A stretch of 33,744 nt of DNA from an uncultured Methanosarcinales archaeon (lineage in GTDB: Archaea > Nanobdellota > Nanobdellia > Woesearchaeales > CALCXY01). The notes below the pieces were generated by a model, which was not told where the DNA came from, did no database searches, and saw nothing but the letters and a program-made list of their open reading frames with translations. Every line of letters starts with the position of its first letter. The stretch's first letter is position 1. The position numbers and the translations under genes are program-made. Shown here in pieces: positions 22,101 to 27,210 of this stretch. The stretch is from positions 1-33,744 of the forward strand of contig CAYLOA010000013.1 of NCBI GenBank assembly GCA_964385185.1, in the 5' to 3' direction.

Positions 22101-25100
22101 AAGAATGCTTCTTTAGTACTTGGATTTTGAAGGCCATCTTTTGCAGCGAATCTCGCTCGATAGTTGCCTACTTCAAGACAATCTGCTACTTGTGCTGAAA
22201 ATACATTTCCTGTTATTTTTTTGAGAGGTATTTCTCTTGTAACTGCACATCCTGTTGTGGATAGAGCCGTATCGATGTTTTCGATACGAACTGTTGTAGA
22301 TGTAGGGATGATGGTATTTGTAAACTTAGGATCTGAAATGGTTGCAACGAGTCGGATTGATTCTTTGTATTCACCACTTCCTGCAGTATCTATGTTAGCT
22401 TGAGATAACACTTCTATTCTTTCTTCATCTTGGTTAACGACTTGAGGATCTGCAATAATTGGACCTAATTGATCATTTGCTATTTGAAATGAAAGTGGAG
22501 GAGAAATACTATTTTTTCCGTTTATAGCAGAGAGGTCAGTTGCGGTTAATGAAAATGATTGTATACTGTTTGACTGTAGTATTACTGGTGCAAAAGTCCA
22601 GATGCCCCTTCCTGCTGTATCTACAAAAATTCCCTCTCGATTGTCTAGTTTAACCTTTACTCTTCCAGAGGGCTCAATCCAGGTTCCTGAGACTCGTATA
22701 CTATTTTGGGTCGTTACAAAGGGATTTACTGTATCAATGTTATGAGGAACCCCATCGATTGAGAGATCTATAAGCTGAGGAATATTATTATCTACATTCA
22801 CGAAAATACATTCAGGATTTTCATAATTATTGTTAGTTCCGTCTGATCCCGCAAAGCACATAAATCCTGATTCCTCTAACCGAGGGAGCTTTGTGACATC
22901 TCCTGGTGCAAAGTTCTGTTCTTGGTTATTGGCATCAATAAAACATCCTTGTGTTGCTGTTCCAAAACAGAATTTAACATCTGTTGTAAGGCAGCCTAGA
23001 GGACCTAAGTTGTTGAAATTTCCAGTATCGTCATCACATGCGAAAGAGAGGATTGTATTTCCCAGGTAGACGTCATCTACGTCTAGAGGGGTAAATCCAC
23101 CTAAGACTTCAACTAATGGAGTAACTTCTGGAGGGGTTGTATCCACTGAGAAAATTGCTGTTGCTGTATCTACAACTGCTCCATTATCTCTACATATGGT
23201 ATCTACTGTATGGAAACCGTCTGTTAAGGGGATAGTTGATCTGTATATATAGTCAGTTCCAGGTTCTGCATTCGGATTTATGATTTGTTGGAATGATGCC
23301 TCTTGTGAGGTTCCCAGTCTAAACTTACAATCATAGGGTGCTTTTCCGAATTGATCGTTTAACGTCGTTATTTGGATTACTGTGGGTGAAGTGGTTACGA
23401 TTTGGTCAAATGGTGTGATCGTGTTAATCTGTTTGTTTTGATCAATTTCTACTGATCTGGAAAAACTTACAGGATTAAGTGCATTATCTGTACATGTTAA
23501 GGCAATTCTGTATACTCCGTCGGCGAGTTCTTCTAGGTCTTGATTGTCTAGGGAGAATGGAGTTCCTGGAGTGATCGTTACTCCATTGAGTGGAAATCCT
23601 GGAAGGTCTTCAATGGTGGATGTGATTTTTTCAACGTTGATGTTGCATACTACAAATTCGGAGGAGGTAATGGTTGATGCTATGTCTGATGTTGAGCTGT
23701 CTTCCAGGTTATTTGTGACTTCGATAGGGGATATTGTTATTATAGGGGAGATGGTATCTATTAATGCCTTTTTGGTCTTAATTGGTTCCACATTTCGGTA
23801 TATGTCTTGAGCAAAGTAGGAAATAGTAAAGTCGCCTTCTTGACCTTCTGGAGGAGTTAGTATTGTAGAGAATTCAAATTTGTTATTTTCTTTTTGGACT
23901 ATGATTCCTTGATTTGGATCAGGGGTGCAAGATTCTTCAGTGGTTGTGCACATAAATAGAGTTATTGATTCTACGTTGCCGTAGGATATATCTTCTATTT
24001 CAAATGCAAGTACATTTTCTGATCCCGCTGAGAAAAATGCTGGGTGTAGTAATTTGGTTACAGGAGCTACTGTGTCTCGTCTGCAGGGTAGAAGGCCCGT
24101 TCCTACACAATCTTGGATGCCATCATCATCTCCATCTTTTATACAAGCAGTTCCTGTCCATTCGCAGACACCGAGTTGGCATTTATCTTGAGATGGGATG
24201 AATGTTTTTGATGAGAGATCATCACCTGGCACTATAAATGGTGATGCTCCTTGGCAGGCTGTCTCTGTTTGGTAATCTTCACACAATGTTGGAGCAGATT
24301 CTGTAGCTGATGGTGATGCACATGCATTACATGCAGAAGCTTCTTCATTTGCAAAACAAGCACCTAGTTTTAAACAAGTATTATCTGTACATTGATCCAA
24401 TCCTTGGCATTCGTCACAATCATCTGTACTTTTATCTGAAGCTGAGAAACAGATTCCTCTTCCTAGCTCTGAATTCAGACCAATATTTTCTTCCCACTGA
24501 CAATTCGTTGGGCCACCTAATCCACAATTGTCTTTTTCACATGCCCCTTCACTTTTGTAGTCAAAACAAGTCATTGAGGGTGAACAAGATATACATCTAT
24601 CTACCGTTGTTGGCAAAGGATTGAGTGAAAATGGTTGATTTGGTTGGGTATCATGTCCGTCTGCATCTTCTATATCATAATAACAGAAATTTCTGTCTAG
24701 TAATGTGCCATCCCCTCCATTACAGGAATTTTCTTTGTAATACATACCTAATATGTTTGGAAAGGCAACGTCGATATTTTTACATACAGTTGTGCCTATA
24801 CATGCAGCTTCATCATTTTCTCCATTATCTATACATACTGCGCCAGGAGCTAAAGAAGTTTCACAATTATTTTCAGTTAATTTATTGTTTGTATCGCATG
24901 ATCCTACTATAATTTTTTTATCGTTGGTGTCCCTTAAGCAGAAATCTCCTTTGTTACATTGTAGTTCGCATACTGCATCTCCTGCAAATGTGGATAAAGG
25001 TGATGAGGATATCGGTGAGCCGCCATTCAATGCTGTGTCAGCTAAGTTTGCTTCTAATGTGTAGCTAAACGTTTTGTCGAATTCTGAAGAGGTGTCTATA

Positions 25101-26962
25101 TATGATGTTGTTGATGGGCCTAATTCTGCTAATCTATCTCCTTTACCACTCCCTTCTGATCGGAATAATACATATTTTGTAATAGGGCAGCCAAATGAAT
25201 CCCAATTTACGGTGAGTTGAGGGGAACATTGAAGATGATCTATTGATGTTAGGGTTAGAGTTGGGAATTCTGTTTTACAGTTACCGTCAAGCGGTGTGAG
25301 TTCAATGTCCTTTTCTATGGTAATTCCTGGAGTGTTTGGGACTACTATTCCTGATTCTTTGAATTTTGCAAATCCTGGAGTTGATGCTTCTACTTCTAGG
25401 GTGTATGTTATACCTGTACTTACTGCTCTTCTATACTTGAAGATAGGATCTCCAGTTGTAATATCTAGTGTATTCGTTTCAGCAGGGAAGGATAAACCTA
25501 ACGCTTTATTGACGAATCTTAATGTTGCTTGGATAGATTCTTGAGTATTTGCGTTTACTACTTTACCGGTGAAGGTTAATTCTGAGCAGGGTGAACCTTG
25601 GAGGAATGAATCAAACCCTGGAAGTTGGCAACAGAATAACTGGTCATCATTTGGTGAATCGGTATCTACTATTGTATTTCCACATGAACAAAATGATTCC
25701 GTGTATGTTGTTGAACGACCTGTTGTTACTGTTGAACTGTCGAAAGATGCTGTTGGTTGTCCTACTTGACATGCTGGCATAAAGCAAGCAGTTGAGCAAC
25801 ATACTTGACCGGTTGTTCCTGAGAAAAGATTGTTATTAATCGGTATTCCTCCTCCATCGAAACATTGTTGATTTCCATATGAGTCACAGGAGTTTCCTGC
25901 TGGACAGGAGCACTCATTATTTTCAGTCGTGTCAGAGGGGTTTAGGCAACAGAGATCTGATGTGTCTATAGATCCATCTCCGTCATTATCGATTCCATCA
26001 CTACATTGGGAAAGTCCTTGGTTATCACATACTCTATCGTTATTTGCATCTTGATTTTCATCACATTGGAGACAAGCTTGCGCTTGAGGTCTACATACTG
26101 TTGAACCTTGGGATGGGTTTGGACAGAAATAACATCCTGCAAGGGATGAGGAACATGATTGCTCATCTGTTAATTCTGAGCAGAATTGTGTTTGTACAAT
26201 ATTATCGCAGATATTATCATTATCGCCATCTCTTTGGTTATCTTGACATGCTGTACATGTTTGCAAACATTGTTGAGAGGATTGACAGAATGAACATCCT
26301 GATGCTAGACAGGTATTTTCTCCTGAGATATCTTCACATCTTAGTTGTGTTGGTGCTCCTTCGCATACTCCATCTTGGTTTTGATCTTCACTTTGTGGAC
26401 AGGTTGAACAATCAGGGAGGCAAGCGCCTGTTGATTTACAAAATGAACAGATGGAGGATGTACATGCTGCTTCATCTCCTGAAAAGTCTGCACAGGATTG
26501 AGTATCTGTGCCAATATCTGGACATTGAGGGAATTTCTTTGTAATGGATCCATCAGATTCTTCTGCGTAACAGAGATTGCCCCCTCTTGGAGTTCCTGTT
26601 GTAAATTTAGCGAATTCTGCACCTGAGTTGACCAGACAGAGTGATTCTATATTATTGATTGCACACTGACTTACTGCAGCTGGATCGAAACAGCATCCTA
26701 GATCACATGCAGGAAGTTCTTCACACGCATCCGTGGTAAAGAAATCTGCTAGACATTCTGCTTGATCTGCTGGATGTTGAGGGAGACCGTATTGAGGTGA
26801 TGTTGCTGGACAACATTCTATTTGAGTAATTGCGGACTCTTCACATACAGCGTCGAGAAACTCAATATTTGCACAGCAGCCAAAGTCATTCTCTGCAGCT
26901 TGCGCTGGAGGGATTAATGTGAGGAGGAATGCTACGGTTAGAAGTAAGAGGAGTTTCTTCAT
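10151..26962 (-). CDS. Giant (5,603 aa) membrane-anchored cell-surface protein, putative adhesin
   Basis: Sec signal peptide (…PPAQA/A), Cys-rich N-terminal repeats, FN3-like domain, dozens of Ig-like repeats ending D-x-T-x-P, three ETDxDCG repeats, TSP3-type Ca-binding repeats, one C-terminal TM helix and a Pro/Lys-rich tail. Uninterrupted 16.8-kb ORF with GAGGAG RBS. Confidence 0.92.
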   Translation of the reverse strand: MKKLLLLLTVAFLLTLIPPAQAAENDFGCCANIEFLDAVCEESAITQIECCPATSPQYGLPQHPADQAECLADFFTTDACEELPACDLGCCFDPAAVSQCAINNIESLCLVNSGAEFAKFTTGTPRGGNLCYAEESDGSITKKFPQCPDIGTDTQSCADFSGDEAACTSSICSFCKSTGACLPDCSTCPQSEDQNQDGVCEGAPTQLRCEDISGENTCLASGCSFCQSSQQCLQTCTACQDNQRDGDNDNICDNIVQTQFCSELTDEQSCSSSLAGCYFCPNPSQGSTVCRPQAQACLQCDENQDANNDRVCDNQGLSQCSDGIDNDGDGSIDTSDLCCLNPSDTTENNECSCPAGNSCDSYGNQQCFDGGGIPINNNLFSGTTGQVCCSTACFMPACQVGQPTASFDSSTVTTGRSTTYTESFCSCGNTIVDTDSPNDDQLFCCQLPGFDSFLQGSPCSELTFTGKVVNANTQESIQATLRFVNKALGLSFPAETNTLDITTGDPIFKYRRAVSTGITYTLEVEASTPGFAKFKESGIVVPNTPGITIEKDIELTPLDGNCKTEFPTLTLTSIDHLQCSPQLTVNWDSFGCPITKYVLFRSEGSGKGDRLAELGPSTTSYIDTSSEFDKTFSYTLEANLADTALNGGSPISSSPLSTFAGDAVCELQCNKGDFCLRDTNDKKIIVGSCDTNNKLTENNCETSLAPGAVCIDNGENDEAACIGTTVCKNIDVAFPNILGMYYKENSCNGGDGTLLDRNFCYYDIEDADGHDTQPNQPFSLNPLPTTVDRCISCSPSMTCFDYKSEGACEKDNCGLGGPTNCQWEENIGLNSELGRGICFSASDKSTDDCDECQGLDQCTDNTCLKLGACFANEEASACNACASPSATESAPTLCEDYQTETACQGASPFIVPGDDLSSKTFIPSQDKCQLGVCEWTGTACIKDGDDDGIQDCVGTGLLPCRRDTVAPVTKLLHPAFFSAGSENVLAFEIEDISYGNVESITLFMCTTTEESCTPDPNQGIIVQKENNKFEFSTILTPPEGQEGDFTISYFAQDIYRNVEPIKTKKALIDTISPIITISPIEVTNNLEDSSTSDIASTITSSEFVVCNINVEKITSTIEDLPGFPLNGVTITPGTPFSLDNQDLEELADGVYRIALTCTDNALNPVSFSRSVEIDQNKQINTITPFDQIVTTSPTVIQITTLNDQFGKAPYDCKFRLGTSQEASFQQIINPNAEPGTDYIYRSTIPLTDGFHTVDTICRDNGAVVDTATAIFSVDTTPPEVTPLVEVLGGFTPLDVDDVYLGNTILSFACDDDTGNFNNLGPLGCLTTDVKFCFGTATQGCFIDANNQEQNFAPGDVTKLPRLEESGFMCFAGSDGTNNNYENPECIFVNVDNNIPQLIDLSIDGVPHNIDTVNPFVTTQNSIRVSGTWIEPSGRVKVKLDNREGIFVDTAGRGIWTFAPVILQSNSIQSFSLTATDLSAINGKNSISPPLSFQIANDQLGPIIADPQVVNQDEERIEVLSQANIDTAGSGEYKESIRLVATISDPKFTNTIIPTSTTVRIENIDTALSTTGCAVTREIPLKKITGNVFSAQVADCLEVGNYRARFAAKDGLQNPSTKEAFFTISDTIPAEINISVHDGIDAVTLIHPGGGVKQYTVKINTSEPMSSIQAFALTFLDVTGITRTVPLQTTQTDSNKQRFTATLTIPGTGFFTNLDKATATFTISSKDQNNVDSNVIANGRAIVIDTIGPKIPPTFFTLTDQLQFTNIPSFFVSGVDFEQKPDVGIQLRQALGTSIDEFISAKVIPLRTTTPPSYFKPFMDDDGQNLRGEEILLSLKTDIFTIRDPFNTFDRPSSSISPDRFMTFTQPRRFSGKNYEIVGVQVLSNAIKRVTISPPFEDDPTLQGLPIFVMNTAEPPGFFGTTVTLEDGVNAFFAASEDELGNLGRFSDPHIIVLEQNPPFFFNEIPRDKSIISENNSIIVVEVQNKSPIVSTFMDIDGVVVIPNQQPTQSGVLLIHNINVQEGLPEGVYNIKVNATDEANNFNEFDWSFTIDVDVPSTPTISPKGFIRSPNPELLIEFTTGEIINLTSVTLTGTNLALDLLPFTSSLAPHVFTASTPSTLPDGSYTVAITAAKIISNVGGVISQSLEGVFPEHTFVIDATPPKINLSSSPAISQDTIILEVNISEDNLVSAEVTGIDITNTTPIPFTLTPERRSGTLVASIPLGILASSEGERQIEVKAIDQAKNSITQTTSVFVDLTPPSAQIIIQAPPLIADKFTNEDIFQLSCSCTDQDAGCTQNQRILSSVNSQGFLEINSQPINLASQIGNKNTNITFRCEVQDQAGNLGITDKNITVIKEGPQIEIIQPEFGGTSTQLTTIQIQTSQPSVCTLHQFREGNSIGSFSPQNAAKTLHQVIYNLGDAFDNTVKTVEYFVKCTNDYDQEKVTRNDLLIDSRPLIIEASSLGKGTIVTDTTTNTINIQTNLDSICRFSTLQEPSPPTIPFSSLEFSSGETFSRVHSIDHDFGFNGVFHIYIDCVDKTSKTASSGQGFVLQNQIDVDFPIEIADAGIITQNNKITLKQSNVFTTADTLPTLFAKTNKKSFINGVESCQFSLSALNRQSSTTVQQSLEGNRLFNIYKLPLSTPLSEGIDTIDVECRSGINKATFTVSVNVDTTPPPTPTLNTLPATANSQLSVTGFADAEFVRILVNQNPAAITKVDAGTFSTTLSLEPYTHNQQITITADAFDILENGPSTATSTQTITVDKESDTPTAINVQVDEEDVIITGQSEPQSIVRIYIAQPGLPPVLLTTANTQSNGKFNQELEGMPEGHYTLFVTTVDFLANLESLPSISKSFTIDLSPPRIIAITPNVNEQFSQGSIPIHIILEDDSDIDVSSIEIRVDGSLQSTQTGKTPTISGIRTNTVALLTETDGVHTLSVSAVDSLGQEITTSRTFTIESDAPTLISTSLNSIPLETFTVVNDSTQKLDLLFNERIDAINSELDTIQIPSSSITTEDNRIFSIQLPPLADQVSHTITIEATTSLGTTRRTFIFGVDTLSPIFDTTSITPKSQYTEIRGIASDAFPASISVDKFLSHTQVDKGRFTATTTSLNPTLTMQDQAGHSEQFTLELPEPSEDIELTVNTVPTASSLPITITGTTSPRTEVTITINNQVNSVTSDVRGEFTLNAGPAQGMQSNQNNLITVSAGEVTKRFTTLVDSSAPRVILTSPEEGDTVSTSEIEIGFEDLSDLNPGASSVKVNGLPVQFTTDKGAQTIKALIDTTPRSISVETLLTDIHGLSSTHSFSFTQADVPEINLLEDLSAYVFTKQPFITASIPEGEQVSATLTSGTGPIPLITIIPPTGDTFVFYPEIALDHATTYTLQISATKETIKKATRTKTFTTDLIPPSLQTTQIQSPTNTNTIDVLGTFVEDNPKSVTFALRTSSGAISSQGTLPIIDNTYLLQTPLSGGDQTFTLTVSITDKSGQVTTETIPIVRNTNSPSIEIKQPQAQAILSQRISNVIVESDTDTKGSILIDNVPTAAQDLLGTIESTIPISFIQEGQTTLEASATDTATNTNTVSNIVTLDTTPPSVSLVTPQLLTNSLTPTISFTLTDSSGVANVTLIIDDTFLVTRLLNGQKSIDVSQVLTTPLSDNTLHTITLVIQDLPGNTHATHHTFFVDTSTPTFLSSAPIHLEQIPTALPTITFEYAEEVTITKAELNRNPIIFTTTNNRIFSHTTTLLDKVQEGTNALDLIVERTTGSSPDVRTLNFIVDTTNPKVEIIGLDETATDTTNTELVTLLVSFSDEHMARLLVTGGKDPVSVPIPDGNGIESNNGLRIPINLTEGQNTILVTAFDGARNTNVSTQVFTRDTVGADITSASVTPALQELLQFRTNSKVVNISGTYSENPIQKITLGSTDATINDIIRTFTLSNININEQRGQEVTNNLLLEILDNAGNLNNFSVIVISDTKGPTIEMTSQLTNASIQRRPTFTLRTDEAATECTLSYIPGQTPSTERMSSTSQTEFSHTPDFQLNLGSNPITIECKDALGNVGEQKLINMFIERAAPDDIPIITDIRPVDGIFLEEDHFLVFKVDQQDIATITLDIKASDNSGGVRCRFGDSPLTLNQKTLGFDDLNFSQKLLTESFTSGVGIISKSVQCEDKAGKLSEIKDIKLTINPNFPVVIQQIAPNTFFRNNSDNDFAELLEVTTYSLDTECKADFIGGGVQQQVMSSTQELGEFRHRISTIDTDSGLLIDGTNYKFEISCEDKGQNLQKGTITIEFKADYITPQPTLDIPSNRTVINSSILMAGSAEENTSIQIFVNGFQSNATTSNGSYAIENVPLSRGPNAVEIRATDLAGNVNSSSHDIFFSSDGPFAEINNPRKNSILGEIRTAQGILTSDVGIDFIASSLHITGPNGVIPSTTTSDAARGLITLTLFTPLRVDGNYTIHLNGVDTQGRSTPVANKFTIDTTTPVIIVTSPTPFANAVVDASPITIEGIITTKAVLQDTISINDQTTSVKLETSGNPNIYSFSFDFLNLFEGDNLINITAINDLGKEGKAEGNIILDSIGPVATITARSIDASPLSELLQDVVLDITGGDLSVVEDSRPLLRLQFNEPVEPTSLKPILIDETTNEPIQVTLFNASLDNKEFNYRPFAKLKESTYTFSINATDLIGNKFNEQEFRFAVFFSDLQFVLTEPSYGFSSVNKLNVTMVTSRSSECSFSTKNVQLANMKKFNTTGRSTHTIRDLFVQTTATLFVKCIDAETDKVEGASFPLTVDLSTPRISNLKATPNPVVEPPERTTLSLTTDDKTICKFDEEFAEFDEMRHIFNGVNAINLQQFEDDFTINATEITSGSLEDLLIVESSFKNDHEVATPFVDLATKLHTFNIRCRNKAELISKLNTSVPVNFDLEIPLQITRINTPPVITTPPPVLNVTTNKGAECFYTNASLPFSGMLRDGLHHTATLPDTDSGAHTFSISCAFSGEETSRSLTFIIDSTAPRITRLSDKIPNASSSNSEVSPFTEKVFVDVEAKDDESAVNEFEIVVKEKFGSVVVLNTTRSAEQSSNGSFFGEFRGFVTGVDLNESKDYRLSVRAKNTADLSSQPKDTDGFSINLLTNSVSCNNNIRDGDETDTDCGGSCRLCSTGRTCDDADDCSSHSCVANICRASSCDDRIENGQETDVDCGGNCNKCDLGEDCHANADCKSTECSNSAGICVETGTCFNRKFDPGTETDIDCGKSCALKCDVNLKCNAEDDCKTRFSCIQGLCSAEEDLDRDGDDVLNNVDNCPDDANNDQQDTDGDKEGDACDLDDDNDSMNDDFEIRHNLDPLDSSDASQDLDEDGLTNLNEFREDTNPRLPDTDDDGYDDKVEIDEGTDPTDPDSHPSSFFTIIMVILILLILGGGGYAAYYYYNKNKGSGPKPLPPKKPMKKMAPIAKPAPKSPTRGTQMLDTLAQQMRARRAQYMKERSKAPSNFFGLPPKSSTPDDGKGWIPIKAPKTHKLSDVFSRLDGLTRWESADKVSPKIKKHIGSDHPTVIDELRKIGRSSTLSASKLSSSLESMAPHTKKTTHTDIIHHAVQSKKISKANAKKSLDRLVKNKIISKQTAARARKKW
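10843..11175 (-). repeat. Thrombospondin type 3-like Ca2+-binding DxDxDG repeats in the giant protein
   Basis: DRDGDDVLNNVDNCPDDANNDQQDTDGDKEGDACD, DDDNDSMNDDFE, DLDEDGLTNLNE, DTDDDGYDDKVE. Confidence 0.85.
11186..11627 (-). repeat. Three tandem Cys-rich ETD(T/V/I)DCG repeats in the giant protein
   Basis: CNNNIRDGDETDTDCGGSC, CDDRIENGQETDVDCGGNC, CFNRKFDPGTETDIDCGKSC, each followed by C-x5-C-x4-C. Confidence 0.85.
26024..26497 (-). repeat. Three tandem ~50-aa eight-Cys repeats near the N-terminus of the giant protein
   Basis: C..E..C....C.FC.....C...C..C....D...D..C pattern occurs three times (SCADF…DGVCE, RCEDI…DNICD, FCSEL…DRVCD). Confidence 0.8.
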
Positions 26963-27096
26963 TTTTTCTCCTCTTTCTTTAGTTTTTCTTCTATCGCTTC
27001 AGTTATGAATTGAATTAACGTTTTATTTTTGAGAAGGGCATTGAGTCTAGCTTTTTTATGTAGTTGGTCTTCTATTTCAATATTTACTCTCGTCAT
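26959..27096 (-). CDS. 45-aa ribbon-helix-helix (CopG/ParG-like) DNA-binding protein, absent from the ORF track
   Basis: Manual translation MTRVNIEIEDQLHKKARLNALLKNKTLIQFITEAIEEKLKKEEKK* shows an alternating beta strand (RVNIEI) plus two helices. Its TGA overlaps the ATG of the giant gene (ATGA). Confidence 0.85.
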   Translation of the reverse strand: MTRVNIEIEDQLHKKARLNALLKNKTLIQFITEAIEEKLKKEEKK

Positions 27097-27129
27097 TTAG
27101 GCGTTTTCTTTCTTAAATTAGGCACTATG

Positions 27130-27166
27130 CTAAGTTAGTTAACTTAGTTTATCTCGTTAACTTAGT
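27130..27166. promoter_or_regulatory. Putative RHH operator array
   Basis: GTTAACTTAGT direct repeat at 27138-27148 and 27156-27166, plus inverted repeat CTAAGTT-agtt-AACTTAG at 27130-27147, just downstream of the predicted transcription start. Confidence 0.65.
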
Positions 27167-27192
27167 AGTTTGGAGTAATTTTGTGATTTTTC

Positions 27193-27207
27193 TTTATAAA
27201 GTTTTGG
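27193..27207 (-). promoter_or_regulatory. BRE/TATA promoter of the RHH-giant protein-pilin operon
   Basis: Minus strand reads CCAAAAC-TTTATAAA; predicted transcription start about 27170. Confidence 0.6.
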
Positions 27208-27210
27208 ATT

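Noticed and set aside
10407..26544. Dozens of plus-strand ORFs of 60-231 aa antisense to the giant gene
   Set aside because: Shadow ORFs from codon bias of the minus-strand gene; no recognisable motifs or promoters
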